Source: an uncultured Gammaproteobacteria bacterium
GTDB lineage: Bacteria; Patescibacteriota; Patescibacteriia; Magasanikbacterales; GWA2-37-8
DNA: 64,000 nt
Assembly: GCA_964536725.1 (NCBI GenBank)
Contig: CAZHYJ010000002.1
Location: 91,219-155,218, forward strand
Direction: 5' to 3'
A model generated the notes under the pieces. It saw only the letters and a list, made by a program, of their open reading frames with translations. It ran no database searches and had not been told where the DNA came from. Shown in pieces: positions 56,646 to 64,000 of this stretch. The position numbers and the translations under genes are program-made. Position 1 is the first letter of the stretch; each line of letters starts with the position of its first letter.

Positions 56646-58622
56646 TTAGTTTTTTAGATACTTTTTCCCCCACCAAGACAAAAAATCTTTTGTAATCGGC
56701 ATGGCGACATAGGCCCCCTCCCCTCCTTCTTCCACCAAGACACTCACTACAATTTGTGGATTATCAAAAGGAGCAAAGGCAGTGAACCAACCATGAGTAT
56801 TTTTGGTACTATTCCACTGAGCTGTTCCAGTTTTTCCGCCAGATGCGAACGGTAAGTTGCGCAACAAATAACAACTACCGGTTGTCACACACTCGCGCGC
56901 CGCCTGCCTGGTCCAATAAGCACTTTCGGAAGAAATGATATTTTTTGCCTTTATCGGAGGTTTTAAAGAGACATTTTTTTCCGTAGCAGACTTCAGTTCT
57001 GCACCAATATAGGGCTGAACCAAATTTCCAGAATTAGCTACGGCTGCCGTCCAAACTGCTACCTGCAATGGAGTTACCAATAGATCACCTTGTCCAATAG
57101 AAAGATTATAGGTGTCACCAATATACCATGGCTCCCCTTTGACTTTTTGTTTCCACTCACGCGTTGGAATAAACCCGCTGCTTTCCCCGGGCAAATCAAT
57201 GCCTGTTGTGCTACCAATATTAAATTTAGAAAAATATTGCGCCATCCGATCTAGGCCCAAACCAACAAAATCACCATAGCCTCCGCCAATATAATAAAAG
57301 AAAGTATTAACCGACCAGGCAACGGCCTTTAATAAATTGGTTGATCCGTGTCCGCCCGCCTTCCAATCTTTAAAAAACCATCTCCCCACCCTAAAACCAC
57401 CAACACTTAAAATCGATGTATTTGCTGTTATTATTTTTTCTTCCAACGCAGCGGCGATCATTACTAATTTAACAGTTGAGCCGGAAGGGTACTCGCCGCT
57501 AATTGCACGGTTAAATAAGGGGTGGTCTTTATCGTTGATTAGTTTTGTATAATTATCTTGACTAATTCCGCCAATGAATAAATTTTCGTCAAATGCCGGC
57601 CAGCTCACCATCGCCAAAATTGCACCATCACGCGGATCCATAGCTATCGCCGAAATCCTTCTTTGTCCGATTTTTTCTGCCATCGCTTTTACTAGTTCGT
57701 CCATTTTTTTTTGCGCTTCCGCATCGATCGTCAACCATAAATTATAGCCTGGAGTTGGTGCTTCTTCAGCGACAACATTTGATTCCTTTCCCAAAGCGTT
57801 GACCTCCACTTTTTTCTTACCATAAATACCACGTAGATATTCTTCATACTGTTTTTCTAATCCGGTTTTTCCAATGTTGTCGGATAGTAAATATCCCCTA
57901 TCTTTAAATTTATCCAATTCTGCGTCGTTTAATTTTCCTGAATAACCTAAAATATGCGACCAACTCAAGACTGCATCGACATTTTCTTGATGACTAAAAA
58001 TATAATCCCGTTTCACTCCACTTTCAATCAAAACACCCGGTAAACTCGAATTTTTTACATACAATTGCAGTGCTGTTTCATAATCGAGATTTTCTTTCAG
58101 CACTAATGATTGGTAGCTATAACTACCATACTTTTTGATTTTCTCATTTATCTCATCTACTGTTAGTCCGCTAATTTCTGCTAAACGTTCAATAATAAAT
58201 TGTTTTTGTCCTAAATTACGGGGTAAGTCTTGGGGTACTATCGCCAAAGAAAAACTTGGAACATTTTGTACTAATTGTTTTCCAAAGCGATCAAAAATAA
58301 TTCCCCTTTCCGCAATTATTGGTTTAAGTCTTATACGGTTTCCTTCTGCTAATTGCAAATATTCATCACCTTTAACTAGCTGTAAGTAGAGCACCCTACT
58401 AGTTAAAATTAACACTCCCAGAAATATTATTATTTTAAAAATTTTAATTATTCTTAAAGAAATGCTTCTTCCCAAAAAAGCATTGGTACCAACAGTAGTA
58501 AGTTGTTTTTCACTACCCGATTCAATCGCGATTGATTCTTCAATCCAACTATTGCGATACTTGCCAGCAAGATCGCCGTTGGATAATGGTTGATCATTAG
58601 CGAAAATATCTCTTCGGCTCAT
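56646..58622 (-). CDS. mrdA: Penicillin-binding protein 2
   Basis: RGIIFDR, GKTGLEK, PSGSTVK, SVN, KTGTAQ. Confidence 0.93.
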   Translation of the reverse strand: MSRRDIFANDQPLSNGDLAGKYRNSWIEESIAIESGSEKQLTTVGTNAFLGRSISLRIIKIFKIIIFLGVLILTSRVLYLQLVKGDEYLQLAEGNRIRLKPIIAERGIIFDRFGKQLVQNVPSFSLAIVPQDLPRNLGQKQFIIERLAEISGLTVDEINEKIKKYGSYSYQSLVLKENLDYETALQLYVKNSSLPGVLIESGVKRDYIFSHQENVDAVLSWSHILGYSGKLNDAELDKFKDRGYLLSDNIGKTGLEKQYEEYLRGIYGKKKVEVNALGKESNVVAEEAPTPGYNLWLTIDAEAQKKMDELVKAMAEKIGQRRISAIAMDPRDGAILAMVSWPAFDENLFIGGISQDNYTKLINDKDHPLFNRAISGEYPSGSTVKLVMIAAALEEKIITANTSILSVGGFRVGRWFFKDWKAGGHGSTNLLKAVAWSVNTFFYYIGGGYGDFVGLGLDRMAQYFSKFNIGSTTGIDLPGESSGFIPTREWKQKVKGEPWYIGDTYNLSIGQGDLLVTPLQVAVWTAAVANSGNLVQPYIGAELKSATEKNVSLKPPIKAKNIISSESAYWTRQAARECVTTGSCYLLRNLPFASGGKTGTAQWNSTKNTHGWFTAFAPFDNPQIVVSVLVEEGGEGAYVAMPITKDFLSWWGKKYLKN

Positions 58623-59169
58623 ATTCTTTTTGTAATGTTGTAATGTATTCTGGGCGCAATCTTTTGAGGAAAAATGATAAGAAAAAATATATTGTTACAG
58701 TAAATATTGTAGTGAGAAAAATCTCCCAACCTAGATTTTGCCACCACTCTAGGTCAATTGTGATTAAGCTTACCGACGTAAAAAAATTAACAGTTTTTAA
58801 GATTGTCCACAATAATATTCGATAAAAAAATACTAGTAAAATGGAGGATAAGATAATTGTTGGCAAGGAGCGGTTGGAAAAAATAGTGATGAGCGTCAGA
58901 TTAAAAACTAATAACACAATCAACAGTGCCGTGGCATTTATCCCAAAAGGAAGAGAGGAAAATAATTCAGAAAACCAGATAAAAGGTAAGAGTAACCAAA
59001 GCGTCTGCGGACGAGTAGTTATCGCCAGATATAAAATCAAAAAAACCAAAGACAGATTAAAGCGACTGTAAGGATGAGGTAAAAAACTAACAAAAACCAG
59101 GTGAACAAAAACTATGAGTAATTGCAAAATAAAAAAAATTAATAATTGGAAAAAATGTTTGTTCATCAT
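58597..59169 (-). CDS. mreD: Rod shape-determining protein MreD (putative)
   Basis: Very hydrophobic 190 aa between mreC and mrdA; assigned by synteny. Confidence 0.7.
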   Translation of the reverse strand: MMNKHFFQLLIFFILQLLIVFVHLVFVSFLPHPYSRFNLSLVFLILYLAITTRPQTLWLLLPFIWFSELFSSLPFGINATALLIVLLVFNLTLITIFSNRSLPTIILSSILLVFFYRILLWTILKTVNFFTSVSLITIDLEWWQNLGWEIFLTTIFTVTIYFFLSFFLKRLRPEYITTLQKEYEPKRYFR

Positions 59170-59978
59170 AGGTTGGTTTCGGCAATCACTCCAACCACTG
59201 TTATTTTTGACAGGTCGGTTGCTGGGTTTAATATTGCCTTTTGAAAAGGTTGATACGCTTCGTTGATGACTGCGGCCACAGTGCCGAGCAATAACCCTTT
59301 AGGAACGTCTGGATCTAATCCAGACGTGACCACGGTTTCGCTTGCCGTCACTTGTTCGTTGCGCGGTATAAAATTCATATTCACACTTAGCCCGTAACCA
59401 CCCTCAACCACACCCTGACTACTTTCTTTGTTTAAAATTACAGCGGCAATTTTACTATTACTGTCATTAATCAAACGTACCCAAGAAATATTTTGCTCAA
59501 CGCGAATAATTTTTCCGATAATAATTCCGTCCAACACAACCACGGGTTGGCCAACCTTTATTCCACTGTCTAATCCAGAAGAAATCGCAATCACCCGTTC
59601 TGTGTTTTCGGTATTTTTTCCCACCACGGTTGCGGTTAATACTTTGTAGCTTGGTTGTTTTTGGCTAAAATTTAAGACTTTCTTTAATTCATTATTTTCT
59701 TGTTCTAAAATTCTTAAATGCGCCACCGACATCTCGTTTTCTTTTTGCCAAAAAAGTATTTGCTCGTATTCGGTTTGACACTCTGGCTTTTTGTCTACCG
59801 CCGAATTATCTTTTTTAAGGGACACGCTAAAAACATTTATCTTTGACAAAGTGCCAGACATTATTTGGCGAGCTAATTTTTCTGGCAAATTAAACCAACC
59901 AAGATAATGAAAAAAAATTAGTAACAACAGGGTTACTAAAACATAAAAGTAAGTTTTTTTAGTTGAACGCTCCGCCAT
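59166..59978 (-). CDS. mreC: Rod shape-determining protein MreC
   Basis: TM, coiled coil LEQENNELKKVL, VVTSGL...PKGL. Confidence 0.92.
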   Translation of the reverse strand: MAERSTKKTYFYVLVTLLLLIFFHYLGWFNLPEKLARQIMSGTLSKINVFSVSLKKDNSAVDKKPECQTEYEQILFWQKENEMSVAHLRILEQENNELKKVLNFSQKQPSYKVLTATVVGKNTENTERVIAISSGLDSGIKVGQPVVVLDGIIIGKIIRVEQNISWVRLINDSNSKIAAVILNKESSQGVVEGGYGLSVNMNFIPRNEQVTASETVVTSGLDPDVPKGLLLGTVAAVINEAYQPFQKAILNPATDLSKITVVGVIAETNL

Positions 59979-59988
59979 ATTTTAAAAA

Positions 59989-61026
59989 TTATTTTCGGCT
60001 TAAAACCGCAATTTCGTTTAATAATTCTGGTTCATCCAATAACATTCCCATGCCACGTACGACACCAGTCAGCGGGTCATCCGCAATACGCACAGGGATT
60101 TCAGTAGCACGCAAAATCAATTGATCGATTCCGCGCAATAATGCTCCACCACCGGATATTAAAATACCACGCTCGTGAATATCAGCTACTAGTTCGGGAG
60201 GTGAAACTTCCAAAGTTGATTTGATATTTTCTACCATCACGCGCAATGATTTGGCAATTGCTTCGCGCACCTGCGAATCATTAATCATCACTTCACGCGG
60301 TAAGCCGCTAACCAAGTCACGTCCACGCATCGGAAATTCCAAAGGGGTAGACAGCTCCACCGCTGAACCGATTTTTATTTTTATATCCTCTGCCTGTCTT
60401 TCGCCTAATAATAAATTAAATTCATCACGTGCGTACTGAACGATGTTGCGATTTAATTCGTCGCCGGCAATTTTAATTGATTTCCATGTTACAACACCAC
60501 TGAGAGAAACCACCGCAATTTCAGTAGTGCCCCCACCAATTTCGACAATAAAATTTCCCATCGGTTCGCGTATTGGCATGCGCGCACCAATTGCCGCGGC
60601 CATCACCTCTTCTACGACCACCACTTCTTTGGCACCGGCGTTGATTACCGCATCGCCAATGGCTTTACGCTCTACTTCAGTAATTTCTAAAGGTGCACCA
60701 ATAATCACTCGCGGTCGAGATAAAAAGCCGCGTTCTTCTTCGTTGATCTTATCGATAAAGTAATGCAACAATTTTTCCGCTACTTCAAAATCAGAAATGA
60801 TTCCACCGGATAATGGTCGAGTAGTAGTGATATGTGGTGGAGTTTTGCCCAACATCTCACGGGCTTCACTGCCGACTGCCAAGATCTGTTCGGTGCGAGT
60901 GTTAATCGCCACCACACTCGGTTCACTAATTACCACGCCGCGATTTTTTACATATACCAAAGTATTGGCCGTACCCAGGTCAATAGCAATCTCTTTTCTA
61001 AATTTTTTTAATAAATCATCAAACAT
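59989..61026 (-). CDS. mreB: Rod shape-determining protein MreB
   Basis: IDLGTANT, EPSVVA, IGGGTTE, GRDLVSGLP, SGGGALL. Confidence 0.96.
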   Translation of the reverse strand: MFDDLLKKFRKEIAIDLGTANTLVYVKNRGVVISEPSVVAINTRTEQILAVGSEAREMLGKTPPHITTTRPLSGGIISDFEVAEKLLHYFIDKINEEERGFLSRPRVIIGAPLEITEVERKAIGDAVINAGAKEVVVVEEVMAAAIGARMPIREPMGNFIVEIGGGTTEIAVVSLSGVVTWKSIKIAGDELNRNIVQYARDEFNLLLGERQAEDIKIKIGSAVELSTPLEFPMRGRDLVSGLPREVMINDSQVREAIAKSLRVMVENIKSTLEVSPPELVADIHERGILISGGGALLRGIDQLILRATEIPVRIADDPLTGVVRGMGMLLDEPELLNEIAVLSRK

Positions 61027-61417
61027 AATCACGATTGCTGAACTTGCGATTGGAAAAAATAATTGCTTCAATTAAAATACCTAGTACAATCAAAATTGTT
61101 AAATTCCACCAAGTTAAAAACTGATACTGTTGCAATAATAACAACAACACAACCAGAGCAGCACTTACGGCTCCTTGACGAAACGTTTTTTTTACATGAC
61201 GAAAAACAACCTCTTCTGATTTTAAAAATTTCACTTTAATCCACAAGCTAACCACCGAAATTATCCCGAGTATCGACAAAAATAGACTAGTGTAAAAAAA
61301 GATAAAACTTACTGTATCGGTATCGGTTGGGTCGATATTAAATACAACAAACAACCAGGCCACCGAACAGATTAGGGTGCCTAAAGACATCAAAAATAAA
61401 TACTGACGTAGAGTCAT
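61019..61417 (-). CDS. Hypothetical membrane protein
   Basis: 132 aa, 4 TM, overlaps the mreB start. Confidence 0.75.
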   Translation of the reverse strand: MTLRQYLFLMSLGTLICSVAWLFVVFNIDPTDTDTVSFIFFYTSLFLSILGIISVVSLWIKVKFLKSEEVVFRHVKKTFRQGAVSAALVVLLLLLQQYQFLTWWNLTILIVLGILIEAIIFSNRKFSNRDYV

Positions 61418-61474
61418 ATGTATGTATAATAGCGGATTTAAAGATAATTTACAAGGTGCTAAAAATGGCTAAAA

Positions 61475-61768
61475 CTACGATAAACAACGCACTTTTTCAA
61501 TAGTCCTTATCCCCTGCGACTGATTTAACCTGCCAATCAATTCCGTTTCGCGTAGCTTAATTTCTTGCGCCATAGATGAACTGAGGCAAGCAATCGTGAG
61601 AATTTTATTCTTAACATACAACGCTCGAGCATATTTTGTCCCGGCTTCACCCCAAAATTCACCAATCAGATTATTAGCCGCCTCGACGGCCATAGCGGCT
61701 TGGACACCCTTAACTAAAGGCGAGTGTGAGCGGTTGTTTTGTAAAATACTACCAAGTGATGATAACAT
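61475..61768 (-). CDS. DUF721/DciA-family protein
   Basis: VKNKILTIACLSSSMAQEIKL...LIGRLN. Confidence 0.8.
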   Translation of the reverse strand: MLSSLGSILQNNRSHSPLVKGVQAAMAVEAANNLIGEFWGEAGTKYARALYVKNKILTIACLSSSMAQEIKLRETELIGRLNQSQGIRTIEKVRCLS

Positions 61769-61771
61769 AAA

Positions 61772-64000
61772 TTAAATACGAAAGTCACAAATTTCTTTAA
61801 AGTCGCAATGGGTGCAGTTTTCTGCATTAGGGTTCGGGGTGAAATCGGCGGAACGAATGGACTTAATAATTTCCAAAACCTCCTCTTCTACTTTCTCTAA
61901 ATCCTTTTCTTTGCCCAAGAAACTTTGTTCGGTGTTGTTGTCTAGGTAATAGTATACTAGTTCGATAATTTTCCCCCATTGCCATTCTTCTCCCAAACGA
62001 CTGGCGGCCCATTGATAAATTAGTAGTTGTAGCTTATCAGAAAAAGTTAATTTGGTTTTTGGTTTACCGGTTTTGTAATCAACTAAACGCACGCCTTCGC
62101 CCAGTGGATCAACCCGATCAATCTGACCTTTGAAAAAATAGTCGCCAATGCGAAAGCGGAAAGTTGATTCTAAACTAATCGGAATTACCCAACCAATCTT
62201 TTCGCTTTTTTTATAAAATTCTTTTAGAATCTGTTCGCCCTTCTCGCGATATTTACTTTTGTGATCAGCCGAATAGAACCAATCATCTTGCCAGTTGGTG
62301 TGATAGATTTCTAATAATGAACTGAGGGGCGGAATTTTGGGAGTGGTAGTCGCAGAATCATTCTCGGCGATAATTTGTTGGTAGAATTTCTGCAAGGTAG
62401 TATGCAATGTTTTACCAAAACTAAACACCCCTTTGCCCAAGGTCGGTACCTTTAAAACAAATTGATAACGATATTGCCACGGACATCTTTCATAGGCCGC
62501 GATCTGCGAAAAAGAAAATTGGTCGGGCGGATTTTCTACTACAGCTTCAGTGACCGTTTCAACGGGTGCAACATTAATTGTGGTGGTGGTAGTGGCCGGA
62601 ACTTTGTCCCACACATGGTTGTTGGCCTTCTCAATTTCTTCCACAAAGCGGGATAACTTCTTTTCTCGGAGTCCTCCGTAATCTTTGGCAGCAGATAAAA
62701 ACACCTGCTTCTTGGCGCGTGTGAGAGCGACATAAAACAAACGGCGTTCTTCTTCAAGGTGAGCATCGCCGCTCGGCAAAGATTTTTCTCGTACTAGTGC
62801 ATCCGGAATTTCTATCGAATCATGGCGACTAACTGTCGGGAAGCGTTGATCAACCAAATTCGGGATAAAAACATAATCAAACTCCAAACCTTTCGCCGCG
62901 TGAATAGTCAAAAGACGCACACCCGTGCCTGAACTAACCGATTTTTCCTCACCGTCCTCCCCTGCTTCACTCAGGTAATTAAAATATTTCAACCAACCTC
63001 GTACGGAATTATCGACATTTTCTTCGTGAAATTTTTCTAAATAATCAAACAAGGATTGCAAATACCCAATTTGATCTTGGTTGGCTTCTAAATTAACAGT
63101 TAACCAGTGTAAATACCCAGTTTTTTCGAAGAACTTATACAACACCTTAATCGCCGGTTCATGCGTCGATGACTCGGTAATTTTCTGAATATCTTCTAAA
63201 AACTTCAATATTTTTTCTTTCCCTTTTACACTCAGAACCAATTCATCGCTTGCCCCCGCTTTAACCGCTTCGTAAAGTGAATTGGAGGTACGTTGACACC
63301 AGTGGGTTAGTTTAGAAATATCTTCATAGGGCACGGCATATACTGGACAAGACAGCAAACGAAAAACCGCTGGTGATTCGTGATAGTTGTCAGCTAAGCG
63401 TAAGGCGGCCATTGCGTCCAATACAATCTTTTGACGGAATAGTCCAGACACAATCGAAGTGGAATATGGAATGCCATTGCGCAACAGGGCAGGAATAAAT
63501 TGTTCCGCCACACTATTGGCGCGAGTTAAAATGGCAAAGTTATTCCAATCTAATTCCGGTTCATTCTTTTTTAATTCGATAATTTTGTTTATCACTAAAT
63601 CAGCTTCGGCTGCCGCGGTGGTGGCGTAAATGAAATCGACCGCACCGGTAATCTTATTCTGCGCTAATAATTTTTTCTGTATTTTCAACTTTTCTTCCAA
63701 ACGATCCGGATTGTTTAGTTGGATAAAATTGTAGGCATAATCCAAAATCTTTTGTCCTGAGCGATAATTTTCAGTGAGTACAATTTGTTTGCTCTTAGGA
63801 AAGTCTTCGTTGAATTGCAAGATATTAGAAACGCTCGCTCCGCGGAACTTGTAGATACTTTGATCATCATCCCCTACCACAGTCAAATCAATCATATCTT
63901 CACGTCCGCGTGTCAGCAATTTTATCATCTCATATTGTGACCAGTTGGTATCTTGAAACTCATCTACCAAAATATATTTCCAACGATTTTGATAATGACG
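61772..64000 (-). CDS. UvrD/PcrA-like helicase with C-terminal PD-(D/E)xK nuclease (5'-partial)
   Basis: VDEFQDTN, VGDDDQSIYKFRGA, NYRS, TIHAAKGLEF, EERRLFYVALTRA; then SFSQI..YERCP, GQIDRVD, DYKTG, CTHCDFKEIC; frame open to the window edge. Confidence 0.93.
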   Translation of the reverse strand, partial: RHYQNRWKYILVDEFQDTNWSQYEMIKLLTRGREDMIDLTVVGDDDQSIYKFRGASVSNILQFNEDFPKSKQIVLTENYRSGQKILDYAYNFIQLNNPDRLEEKLKIQKKLLAQNKITGAVDFIYATTAAAEADLVINKIIELKKNEPELDWNNFAILTRANSVAEQFIPALLRNGIPYSTSIVSGLFRQKIVLDAMAALRLADNYHESPAVFRLLSCPVYAVPYEDISKLTHWCQRTSNSLYEAVKAGASDELVLSVKGKEKILKFLEDIQKITESSTHEPAIKVLYKFFEKTGYLHWLTVNLEANQDQIGYLQSLFDYLEKFHEENVDNSVRGWLKYFNYLSEAGEDGEEKSVSSGTGVRLLTIHAAKGLEFDYVFIPNLVDQRFPTVSRHDSIEIPDALVREKSLPSGDAHLEEERRLFYVALTRAKKQVFLSAAKDYGGLREKKLSRFVEEIEKANNHVWDKVPATTTTTINVAPVETVTEAVVENPPDQFSFSQIAAYERCPWQYRYQFVLKVPTLGKGVFSFGKTLHTTLQKFYQQIIAENDSATTTPKIPPLSSLLEIYHTNWQDDWFYSADHKSKYREKGEQILKEFYKKSEKIGWVIPISLESTFRFRIGDYFFKGQIDRVDPLGEGVRLVDYKTGKPKTKLTFSDKLQLLIYQWAASRLGEEWQWGKIIELVYYYLDNNTEQSFLGKEKDLEKVEEEVLEIIKSIRSADFTPNPNAENCTHCDFKEICDFRI

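Noticed and set aside
1-64000. Alternative genetic code (UGA=Gly), tRNA or rRNA genes
   Set aside because: Conserved genes translate intact with code 11; no cloverleaf or rRNA signature found by eye in the spacers

Overview
64 kb of a small-genome bacterial chromosome, most likely Patescibacteria/CPR (inferred from the shortened AlaRS, RpoA and L13, the degenerate PriA, the general lack of Shine-Dalgarno motifs and standard code 11). In order it carries: alaS; the infA-rpmJ-rpsM-rpsK-rpsD-rpoA-rplQ-rplM-rpsI block; a ~12 kb defence/accessory island (8.3-20.1 kb) with a type III R-M system interrupted by an OLD-family nuclease, two PD-(D/E)xK nucleases, a PIF1 helicase, a NYN RNase, MazG and an orphan PemK/MazF; a cell-wall/glycan cluster; fmt-def-priA; clpB with a CIRCE-like operator; a NUDIX/GNAT accessory cluster; gltX; ddl; a single Xer recombinase; and serS, lysS, greA, mrdA-mreDCB, dciA and a UvrD-nuclease fusion. 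The most interesting signals are non-coding. (1) The NYN and PemK RNase genes have no adjacent protein antitoxin. They share a 43-bp upstream element, and each is followed by a convergent, separately promoted, terminator-ended 60-65 nt hairpin RNA; a third, 99-nt RNA follows PIF1. These are candidate RNA-antitoxin modules. (2) A structured RNA with a loop-E-like motif lies between infA and rpmJ. (3) The GC skew appears to flip at a dif-like site that overlaps the xer promoter, a candidate terminus with a single-recombinase Xer/dif module. No tRNA, rRNA or CRISPR array was seen. All calls were made by eye without database searches.
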